Of a stretch of DNA of 21,823 nucleotides, positions 10,639 through 18,745 are shown piece after piece. The notes under the pieces are model-generated. The model was not told the origin of the DNA, made no database searches, and was given only the letters and a program-made list of their open reading frames with translations. Within the stretch, counting starts at the first letter, position 1, and each line of letters begins with the position of its first letter. The stretch comes from an uncultured Phycisphaerales bacterium (GTDB taxonomy: Bacteria > Planctomycetota > Phycisphaerae > Phycisphaerales > SM1A02): the NCBI GenBank assembly GCA_938084645.1, contig CALKEP010000057.1, forward strand, positions 1-21,823, in the 5' to 3' direction. The translations under genes were made by a program, and so were the position numbers.

Positions 10639-11799
10639 ATGCTTCGATCCCTCATTTCCATGACCTTCATGGCGTTCATGCTCACGGGCGCCGCGGGCGT
10701 CTTCGCGGCGCCGACGATCGCGGAAGAGGAGAAGGGATGGCACGATCGACTTCCCGCCGCGGACCGGGCCGCGATCGACTCGGCGATCGGCTTCGCACTG
10801 CCCGATTTCGCCGATCGGGTCGAGTGGCGGATCAAGCCCCGGGAATCCGACGTCAAGAAGCTGCGAGGCAAGGTGGTGCTGCTCCAGACGTGGTCGTGCG
10901 AAACCTCCGCCGGGCGCGGTGTTCCGAATCGCGTCGAGCGGAGCGTCAAGGCCATGGGCGACACGGGTGACCTCGAAGTCCTGCTGCTGCATACGCCGGA
11001 CGGCACCGACAAGCTCGATCGATTCGTGGAACGGAGTCGCCCGGGGTTCCCGCTCGCGGTCGACGCCGGCGGTGATTACTGCGATCTGATCGGCGCCTTC
11101 AAGCGGCCGGTCAACATCCTCGTCGATCGCAACGGAACCGTTCGATACGCCGGCCTCTCCGCGAAGGGGGTCACCGAAGCGAGCCGAAAGCTGCTCGCGG
11201 AACCCTTCGATCCGTCCAAGGAGCCGCGCACGCGGCCCGAAGCGAAGGCCCCCGCCGAACTCGGCGAATACCCGCCGATCCGTGGATCCGTGGGGGCGGC
11301 CACGGATCTTCGTGGACGCAAGGCGCCCGCGTTCGTGGTGGACCGGTGGATGACCGCCGAGCCCGACGCGCGTGGCAAGGTGGCGATCATCGATTTCTGG
11401 GCGACCTGGTGCGGACCGTGCCTCCGGGCGATCCCGCACATGAACGAACTCGCGAACCGCTTCCGCGGCGAGGTCGAATGCGTGGGCGTCTCGGACGAGT
11501 CCAAGCGGGAATTCGAAAAGGGCATCGAGGACCGGGACCTCGAACCGTCCATGTTCCGATACGCGCTGGCTCTCGATCCGAAGGGGCGGATGAAGTCGGC
11601 CTTCGGAATCCGGGGGATTCCACACGTCGCGGTGATCTCGACCGACTGGATCGTCCGATGGCAGGGCCATCCCTCGTCGCTGGACGCGAACACCGTCGCC
11701 GCCATCGTCGCGGCCGACCCCGGCGTCAGGGCCAATGCCGGCGGCGCGACGTCTCCCGGCGCCCCACCGTCACGCTGGGCCGACACGCGACGTCGATGA
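10639..11799 (+). CDS. Exported TlpA/redoxin family protein with two thioredoxin-like domains
   Basis: Signal peptide; domain 1 'LRGKVVLLQTWSC' is degenerate; domain 2 'RGKVAIIDFWATWCGPC ... GIRGIPH' is intact. Confidence 0.85.
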   Translation: MLRSLISMTFMAFMLTGAAGVFAAPTIAEEEKGWHDRLPAADRAAIDSAIGFALPDFADRVEWRIKPRESDVKKLRGKVVLLQTWSCETSAGRGVPNRVERSVKAMGDTGDLEVLLLHTPDGTDKLDRFVERSRPGFPLAVDAGGDYCDLIGAFKRPVNILVDRNGTVRYAGLSAKGVTEASRKLLAEPFDPSKEPRTRPEAKAPAELGEYPPIRGSVGAATDLRGRKAPAFVVDRWMTAEPDARGKVAIIDFWATWCGPCLRAIPHMNELANRFRGEVECVGVSDESKREFEKGIEDRDLEPSMFRYALALDPKGRMKSAFGIRGIPHVAVISTDWIVRWQGHPSSLDANTVAAIVAADPGVRANAGGATSPGAPPSRWADTRRR

Positions 11800-11873
11800 T
11801 CCGCCTTCGTCCCCGAGACGAAGACGCGGATGGATGAAGGAAACCAGGAACAGATCCGTCGCGATGCGATCCC

Positions 11874-12866
11874 TCAGTGATCCCGAGAGACCACTGCGTT
11901 CGCGAGATCGTCGAGCAGGGCCTCGGTGCCCCCGAAGGGGATGCCGCGGATCGCGTCCTTCGCGACGGCGACCTGCTCGGTGGCGAAGGCGATCGCCCGG
12001 GCGATGGCGTCACCCTCCTGCAGGAGACGACGCACGGCATCGGAATCTCGTGCCCGGAAGGCGTCCACGGCCTTCGCGAAGACGGCCTCGTCGGCGCCGT
12101 CGAGCAAGAGGATCATGGGCAGCGTGAGCTTGCCCTTCGCGAGATCACGACCCACGCTCTTTCCGACCACCGCCGCATCGCCGTCGAGATCGAAGACGTC
12201 GTCGCGGATCTGGAACGCGATTCCAAGACCCTCGCCGAAGACCCCGAGGGCCTCGCTCGCGGCGTCGGTGCCACCCGCGACCCGGACCCCGAGGCTTCCA
12301 CAGGCGCCCACCAGCACCGCGGTCTTTCGCCGGATGGTGGCGAGATAGGTCTCGAGGTCGAGCCCCAGGTCGTCCCGATGGTGCAGCTGGATGAGTTCGC
12401 CCTCGCAGAGCGTGTTGGTCACCCGGCCGATGCGCTCCGTGAGATCCGCATCACCGATGGTCGCCGCGAGATGGAAGGCGTTCGAGATCAGGTAGTCGCC
12501 CAGCATCACCGCGGTTTCGTTGTCGTTCAGCCGGTTCACCGTGGCCCCGCCTCGGCGATCGTCGGCTTCGTCGAGCACGTCGTCGTGCACGAGCGTCGCC
12601 ATGTGGATCATCTCGAACACCGCCGCGAGCCGGCGGAGATCGTCGGATTCGAGGGCGGCGACGTCTCCCTGCCGGGCGGCGAGGCCGGAAAGCAGCGTCA
12701 GGGTGGGCCGGAGCATCTTGCCGCGGTACCGCCCGACGTGGTTGCAGAGCGACTCCACCGCGGGAAACTCGCTGGCGAGCTGCCGTTCGAAGATCGATGC
12801 GACCGCTTCCAGCGCCGTGGCGAGGGGTTGGACGAATCGTTCGTGTCGGGCGTCGATCTCGATCAT
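11874..12866 (-). CDS. Polyprenyl synthetase family protein (long-chain trans-prenyl diphosphate synthase, IspB/HepT-like)
   Basis: GKMLRP, EMIHMATLVHDDVLD..RRG (first Asp-rich motif), GDYL, RKTA, FQIRDDVFD (second motif), GKLTLP. Confidence 0.92.
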   Translation of the reverse strand: MIEIDARHERFVQPLATALEAVASIFERQLASEFPAVESLCNHVGRYRGKMLRPTLTLLSGLAARQGDVAALESDDLRRLAAVFEMIHMATLVHDDVLDEADDRRGGATVNRLNDNETAVMLGDYLISNAFHLAATIGDADLTERIGRVTNTLCEGELIQLHHRDDLGLDLETYLATIRRKTAVLVGACGSLGVRVAGGTDAASEALGVFGEGLGIAFQIRDDVFDLDGDAAVVGKSVGRDLAKGKLTLPMILLLDGADEAVFAKAVDAFRARDSDAVRRLLQEGDAIARAIAFATEQVAVAKDAIRGIPFGGTEALLDDLANAVVSRDH

Positions 12867-12974
12867 CACGGTTCCGGGTGGTCGACGGCGTTCATGGAGA
12901 CCGCCGGCTCTGTTCGGGGCATCGGGACGTTTTCGACGCAAATGGCGTCGGGATGCGTCGGTCCGACCGTGGAA

Positions 12975-13814
12975 TCACTTCTCCGCGGTGATATAGGCGA
13001 TCCAGCCGGGGCAGGCCTCACCCCGGGTCGCCGGCTCGAATTCACCGTCACCTTCGCCTTCCTCGTCGTCCCCCTCCCACCAGACGGTGATTCGACCGAA
13101 TCCCGCCTCTTCCAGAAGCTCGCGGATCTCCGGAATCGTCCAGAGACGCCACTCGTAGGTGAACGCCTTCTCGAGCGAGGAACCGTCCGGGAAGCGGAAG
13201 TGGATGTGGTTCACGACGTCCCCGGAGATGGGGTCGTACTGATTCTGGTCCCACACGTAGGTGAAGCCGTCGAGGTGACGTTCCTCCTCCATCTCGAGGA
13301 ACGAATCCCCGCCGCCGTAACAGTCGCACAGCAGGATCCCGTCATCGACGAGGGCCTCCCGGACCGAGGCGAAGTAGGTCCGCAGCTCGTCGCGGGTCTT
13401 GAAGAGGAAGTAACTGAAGTTCATCGCGAGGACGGAGTCGACGCCGGTCGCCTTCGACGTCCGGACGTCCTCCTCGAGGATCTCCAGTCGATCGACCTGG
13501 TCGTCGGAGAGCGTGGGGAGATTCCGCGTTCGCCCCCATTCGAGCACTTCGGGGCTCAGGTCGACGCCGACCGCGGTGTGCTCGTCCCCTCGACGGATCC
13601 ACTCGCAGGCCGCGGCGAACGTGCCGCAGAAGTCCTCCCGGATCCTGATCGGCGCGCGATCCCGCAACTGCTCCCAGACCTTCTCGACGAAATCGATCTC
13701 GCCTTCGACGTTCTGGACCGAAAGCTCGTAGAGCTCGTGTCGGTCCGACGTCTTCGCGGTCCGCCATCCGTCCTTCTTGCCGGACTTCTTCTTCTTTTCC
13801 TTGCGCTTCGACAT
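12975..13814 (-). CDS. Class I SAM-dependent methyltransferase (279 aa)
   Basis: Motif I variant IREDFCGT, GVDLS, EDV, AMNFS, 'L..DGILLCD', C-terminal 'WRLWTIPEIRELLEEAGF'. Confidence 0.85.
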   Translation of the reverse strand: MSKRKEKKKKSGKKDGWRTAKTSDRHELYELSVQNVEGEIDFVEKVWEQLRDRAPIRIREDFCGTFAAACEWIRRGDEHTAVGVDLSPEVLEWGRTRNLPTLSDDQVDRLEILEEDVRTSKATGVDSVLAMNFSYFLFKTRDELRTYFASVREALVDDGILLCDCYGGGDSFLEMEEERHLDGFTYVWDQNQYDPISGDVVNHIHFRFPDGSSLEKAFTYEWRLWTIPEIRELLEEAGFGRITVWWEGDDEEGEGDGEFEPATRGEACPGWIAYITAEK

Positions 13815-13856
13815 GGGACCGGAAGTGTAGCGGCGATGGGGCTTCCCGACCGCCAC

Positions 13857-15569
13857 TCAACCCCAGCTCGCGAGCAGCAGGCCGAGGTCGCTTCCATCCA
13901 CCGTCCCGCTTCCGTCGAGATCCGCGTCGGGATCCGCGCTCCCCCAGGCGGCGAGCAGGAGGCCGAGATCCGCGCCACCCACCACCCCGTCGCCGTCGAG
14001 ATCTCCCGGCAGGCCGCCCACGCAGGCGAGCATGGCCTCCGACACGCAGAAGTCGTCCCAGGCGGATACGCAGCAGAACGGATCCACGAGGCAGACCGTG
14101 GTGCAGCACGCCTCGTCCTCGCATCCGGGCTCGTCGTGCGGCGTCTCACATGGTGACCCGGAACCACAGGTCGGAATCGAGTCGCAGCCGGCATCGCAGG
14201 CGAGGGTGGCGAGCGTGACGCAGATCGAATCCCACTCGACCTGGCAGCAATAGGCATCCAGATCGCACACACAGGCTTCGATCCCGGGGTCGTCGCAGCC
14301 CGCCGCCCCCGTCTCGCAGGCGGTGTGTTCGGGATCGAGTTCGATCCTGATGTCGTCGATGCGGGTGGTCTCCGCCACCGACGACCCGGACCGGAATCGG
14401 AGACGAAGACCCGAAGAGGCGATGTACGGCGTGAGATCGACGCCGAACTCCCGGCATCCCGGTTCGGATGCGAAGGGAACCCGGATGATCTCGATCCACT
14501 CGCCATCGGGCTCGACGATCTCCACCACGGGCCCGGCCACCCCGAGCGACGTCGCGCACGAGAAACGAAGCACCGCCGTTCCCGCCGCCCGCAGGTCCAG
14601 GCACCGGGTCTCGAGCGTCGACCAGGGGAAGCCACCGCCGAATCGGAGCGCCGCGTCGCCCGAGTTCGCACACCCCCCGGAGGTCGTGAGGAACGGGCCG
14701 ACGCCGGTACAGGCCTCGAAGAGTTCCGGAAACGCCAGACACGGCCCTCCGGGCGCGTAGTCCTCGCCGAAGTCGGCCTCGAACGAGGTCAGGCAGTCGG
14801 ATCCGCAGGTGCCGCAGTCATTGACGGCGATCGCATCGATGCAGATCGCATCCCAGGCGGTCTCACAGCAATAGGGATCGATCGCACAGACGCAGGCCTC
14901 GATGCTCGCGTCGTCGCAACCGGCCCCACCGACTTCGCAGCACCCATGGGCCGGCGGGTCGCAACAGTCCATCGCCTCGAACGTGATCTGGTCGAGAAGC
15001 AGCACGCCGGTCCCGTCGCCGTGGACCCATCGCACGAGGAGGTCCTCGCCCAGATGCGCTTCGGGGATCTCGTAATCGATTTCGAACGTGCGACACGCCC
15101 CCTTGGACGTATCGATGAACTCGGTCCGTACCACCGGGCCGCTGCAGTCCGCGGTCGCGGGGCCGATCTCGAGGCGGGACCAGGTGTCGAAGAGACTCGA
15201 CGCGAGAAAGGCGATGCGAACCCGCCCGCATCCCTCGACCGCGGCGAGTCGCGCCGCGAGTCGATCACCGGGGTCGAGTCGGTAGGCACCGCCGGTGGGG
15301 CAGAATCCGCTGGGGACGACCGCACCCTCGGTGTCACACCAGTCGATCGAGAATCGCGGATCCTCGACGTCGCCGGGCGCGTTGAACGTCTCGAAGGGTT
15401 CGACGTGGAGCAGACAGAAGTCGGGCCCATCCCCGCCGCCGGCGTCGAGCGGCGAGACCACGCCTGCGAACAAGGCCGTCGTGAGCAGGGCCCGAAACGA
15501 CTGACGCACCACCCCCCCACGCCGTCCAACCGCGTCGCTCGACCGCCGAAATGAACCGCGATGCGTCAT
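13857..15569 (-). CDS. Secreted Cys-rich repeat protein with C-terminal dockerin-like (Ca-binding duplicated) domain
   Basis: AGGAGGT SD at 15582-15588; signal-like N-terminus; three 'GCxD..CVC..D.YCC...WD..C' modules; terminal DLDGDGVVGGADLGLLLAAWG..DLDGSGTVDGSDLGLLLASWG. Confidence 0.85.
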   Translation of the reverse strand: MTHRGSFRRSSDAVGRRGGVVRQSFRALLTTALFAGVVSPLDAGGGDGPDFCLLHVEPFETFNAPGDVEDPRFSIDWCDTEGAVVPSGFCPTGGAYRLDPGDRLAARLAAVEGCGRVRIAFLASSLFDTWSRLEIGPATADCSGPVVRTEFIDTSKGACRTFEIDYEIPEAHLGEDLLVRWVHGDGTGVLLLDQITFEAMDCCDPPAHGCCEVGGAGCDDASIEACVCAIDPYCCETAWDAICIDAIAVNDCGTCGSDCLTSFEADFGEDYAPGGPCLAFPELFEACTGVGPFLTTSGGCANSGDAALRFGGGFPWSTLETRCLDLRAAGTAVLRFSCATSLGVAGPVVEIVEPDGEWIEIIRVPFASEPGCREFGVDLTPYIASSGLRLRFRSGSSVAETTRIDDIRIELDPEHTACETGAAGCDDPGIEACVCDLDAYCCQVEWDSICVTLATLACDAGCDSIPTCGSGSPCETPHDEPGCEDEACCTTVCLVDPFCCVSAWDDFCVSEAMLACVGGLPGDLDGDGVVGGADLGLLLAAWGSADPDADLDGSGTVDGSDLGLLLASWG

Positions 15570-15730
15570 CCGTGCTTCCCGACCTCCTGCTCCCGGAAGG
15601 ATGCCACACGACCGTCCCGAGCCAAACCGGGGCCCGTGACGAGCCCGGCGAGGAGGGGTTCGGCGATGGCATCATCGAACCAGATCCCCCAGACCGAACA
15701 CGAGGCGACGCGAGCGACCACAATGAGCCC

Positions 15731-16708
15731 ATGTCCGACCACACCAGTACCGACGCCGGCCGTTCGACGAATCTCCGCGCGAGGCGTCTTCCGCATCTGC
15801 TCCTGCTCGTCCTGCTCACGACGCCCTTCGGCTGCCGGACCACACCCTCCGGTCCACCCGCGCCGGTCCCTCCGGAGACCCTGCCCGTGTTCCTCGGGGA
15901 CGGCACCCCGGCCGACTGGTCCGAACTGGTCGCCCGCGCCCGGGCTGCCGAGATCGTGGTGATCGGCGAGGAGCACGACGACGTCAACGCGCACGCGCTG
16001 CAGCGGGCGTTGTACGAAGCGGTGCTCGAGACCGAGGGGACGACCGCGATCTCGCTCGAGATGTTCGAACGGGACGAGCAGGACGACGTCGACGCCTGGC
16101 TCGCCGGCGACATCGACACCGAGAGGCTCGTCGCGGACACGGAATCCGTGAACTGGGGCGGCGCCGGCGCCTGGTATCGGTACTACCAGCCGGTCATCGA
16201 TCTCGCCCGCGACGCAGGTGCACCCGTCGTCGCGGCCAACGCGCCGCGTCGCTACGTGCGACGCGCGCGGACCGAAGGGTACGAACCCCTTCGCGCCCTC
16301 CCCGCGGACGAACGCGCCTGGTTCGATCTGCCCGACGAGCTCGATCGAGGGCCCTACTTCCAGCGATTCGCCGAGATCATGCGCGAGCTTCGGAAGGAGG
16401 ACGAACTCGACGACGACGCGGTGGATGCCGTGTTCCGGAGCCAGCAGGTGTGGGACGCCACCATGGCCGCCTCGGTCGTCGACGCCATCGATCGGCCCGA
16501 CACCGATCGCGTCGTCCACCTGATCGGTCGCTTCCACAGCGACCTCGAGGGTGGGACGATCGTCGAGATCCGGAAACGACGCCCCGGCTCGGACATCCTG
16601 GTGGTGAGTTGCGTTCGAACGTCGGGGTCCGTCCGGGAGCTCGATCCCGAGGACCTCGGCCGCGGCGACGTCGTGGTCTACACGCCGGGGTCGCCCGGTA
16701 CCGACTGA
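15731..16708 (+). CDS. ChaN family (heme-uptake, DUF399) lipoprotein
   Basis: Signal peptide with PFGC lipobox; VVIGEEHDD, SLEMFERDEQ, YQPVI..AR...PVVAANAPR, QQVWDATMA, HLIGRFH. Confidence 0.85.
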   Translation: MSDHTSTDAGRSTNLRARRLPHLLLLVLLTTPFGCRTTPSGPPAPVPPETLPVFLGDGTPADWSELVARARAAEIVVIGEEHDDVNAHALQRALYEAVLETEGTTAISLEMFERDEQDDVDAWLAGDIDTERLVADTESVNWGGAGAWYRYYQPVIDLARDAGAPVVAANAPRRYVRRARTEGYEPLRALPADERAWFDLPDELDRGPYFQRFAEIMRELRKEDELDDDAVDAVFRSQQVWDATMAASVVDAIDRPDTDRVVHLIGRFHSDLEGGTIVEIRKRRPGSDILVVSCVRTSGSVRELDPEDLGRGDVVVYTPGSPGTD

Positions 16709-16757
16709 GCCCGGACGACCGCCTGGCGTCCCCTCGCCTCCGAGGGACCGCGCCGGA

Positions 16758-17138
16758 TCACTTGATCAGCTTGTCGAGGTGCCGCTGGTCCTTGGCGATC
16801 TTGTACAGCTTCTCGATCTTCATCATCGAGAGCAGGCCGAGCAGTTCCTTGCAGACCCCGAAGAGGATCGCATCGGACTTCACGGCGACCGCGGCGTTCC
16901 GGAGCGAGATGCACATCCCCAGCCCCATCGACGACATGAAGGTGACGGCGGAGAGATCCATCACGAGGTGATCGAGACCCTTGCCCATCTCATCGACGTA
17001 GGGCGTCACGGCCTCCTGGATGATCGGAGCTTCGCGCTGACCGATGCTCGGACCCGCGGGCTTGACGAGCAGGATCCCGCCTTGACGGGTGATCTCGACG
17101 AGGCTCGTGGCGTGATGATCTGGGAGCGGCGGGGTCAT
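16758..17138 (-). CDS. STAS-domain anti-sigma factor antagonist (SpoIIAA/RsbV-like)
   Basis: VMDLSAVTFMSSMGLGMCI carries the conserved phospho-Ser; AGAGGA SD; upstream TAGACT -10 candidate at 17193-17198 on the minus strand. Confidence 0.88.
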   Translation of the reverse strand: MTPPLPDHHATSLVEITRQGGILLVKPAGPSIGQREAPIIQEAVTPYVDEMGKGLDHLVMDLSAVTFMSSMGLGMCISLRNAAVAVKSDAILFGVCKELLGLLSMMKIEKLYKIAKDQRHLDKLIK

Positions 17139-17272
17139 CGGGGCGTTCCTCTGGCGGTGAAGTCGGGTCTCTGATGAGATTCTGAGCGGAGGAGTCTACC
17201 CGAACCACCTGCCCGATTCCCCCGGGCGAGTCCCGGGGTCCCGAAGAAGCCGGGGTTGGTAGGGTCCTCGTC

Positions 17273-18538
17273 ATGAGCCAGTCCAAGCCCATCGCCATCG
17301 TCGACGCCCGGGTGCTCACCCTCGCCCCGGATGGCCACACGCCCGGCAAGCCCCGACGAGGCGGGATGCTCGCCGAGCTCGGGGTCGTCGATCGGGGCTG
17401 GGTGCTCGTACGAGGCGGCCGCATCGATGCGATCGGCCACGGCGCCGCCCCGGGATTCGATCCGGACACCGAAGTCGTGGATGCGGCCGGTCGGGTGGTG
17501 ATGCCGGCCTTCGTCGACTGCCACACGCACGCCTGCTTCGTCGGCGATCGCAACGACGAATTCGAGGCTCGACTCGCGGGCGCCTCCTATCTCGAGATCC
17601 TCGCGGCCGGCGGGGGCATCATGTCGACGGTCAGGAGCATTCGGAACGCATCGGTGTCCACCCTCGTCGAAGCGCTGCTGCTTCGCCTCGAACAGACCGC
17701 CCGACTGGGGACGGGAACGATCGAGGTCAAGTCCGGGTATGGCCTCGACACCGCCAGCGAGCTGAAGATGCTCGACGCGATCTCGACCGTCGCCGCCCGC
17801 GTGCCGCAGACCGTGGTCCCGACCTTTCTCGGAGCCCACGCCCTCGATGCGGACCGCGCGGATCCGGCGGACGGAATCGAGGAGATCATCGATCGGACGC
17901 TTCCCGCCGCTGCAGAAGCCCATCCCGGCATCGCCTGTGACGCGTACTGCGAAGAGAACGCGTGGTCCCTCGAGGACTGCCATCGCCTCTTCAAGGCCGC
18001 CTCGGCGTGCGGCTGCCCGATTCGCGTGCACACCGACCAGTTCAACAGCCTCGGGATGACCAGGCTGGCGATCGAGATGGGAGCGCGGAGCGTCGATCAT
18101 CTCGAGGCGACCACCTCCGAGGACGTCGAACGCCTCGCGCGAAGCGAGACCATCGGCGTGCTCCTGCCCAACAGCGGCTTCTGCCTCGACGATCGCTACG
18201 CACCCGGTCGCGCCCTCGTCGATGCCGGCGCGGCGATCGCCGTCGCAAGCAACTTCAATCCGGGTTCCGCCCAGAGCCCTTCCCTTCCCTTCGCGATGGC
18301 CCTCGCGTGCCGGAAGTGCCTGCTCACCCCCGCCGAGTCGATCGTCGCCGCAACCTTCAACGCCGCCTGCGTCCTCGGTCTTCAGCACGAGGTCGGTTCG
18401 ATCGAAGTCGGAAAGCGAGCGGACCTCCTCCTGCTCGACACCGCCGACGAACGGGCCCTCGCCGTCGAGATCGCGGGCCCCGGCCCGATCGGCGTGATGC
18501 TCGAGGGACGATGGCACCGCACCGGCTGGGACCGCTGA
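17273..18538 (+). CDS. hutI: Imidazolonepropionase
   Basis: VDCHTH, SYLEILAAGGGIMSTV, EVKSGYGL, PTFLGAH, HTDQF, SVDHLE, NFNPGS, GSIEVGKRADL. Confidence 0.92.
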   Translation: MSQSKPIAIVDARVLTLAPDGHTPGKPRRGGMLAELGVVDRGWVLVRGGRIDAIGHGAAPGFDPDTEVVDAAGRVVMPAFVDCHTHACFVGDRNDEFEARLAGASYLEILAAGGGIMSTVRSIRNASVSTLVEALLLRLEQTARLGTGTIEVKSGYGLDTASELKMLDAISTVAARVPQTVVPTFLGAHALDADRADPADGIEEIIDRTLPAAAEAHPGIACDAYCEENAWSLEDCHRLFKAASACGCPIRVHTDQFNSLGMTRLAIEMGARSVDHLEATTSEDVERLARSETIGVLLPNSGFCLDDRYAPGRALVDAGAAIAVASNFNPGSAQSPSLPFAMALACRKCLLTPAESIVAATFNAACVLGLQHEVGSIEVGKRADLLLLDTADERALAVEIAGPGPIGVMLEGRWHRTGWDR

Positions 18539-18745
18539 TCGCGCGAGCGCGGACGCCGCGGCATGCAATCTCACTGAATCGTCGACCGCCCACCGAAGTC
18601 GCCCCCGTATCGGGCCGATGCTCCGTGGTCCCCCTCAGGGGCGACGGACTTTCCAAGATCCGGTGGGAGATCGCCGCAGTGACCTCGTCGATGGATCGGC
18701 GTGCGGCCCTCCTCCCGGAATCCACATCCACGGAGACGATGACCG

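Noticed and set aside
16728..16748. Short hairpin CCCTCG-CCTC-CGAGGG between the convergent ChaN and STAS genes
   Set aside because: Short stem with no U-tract on either strand; it could arise by chance at this GC content.
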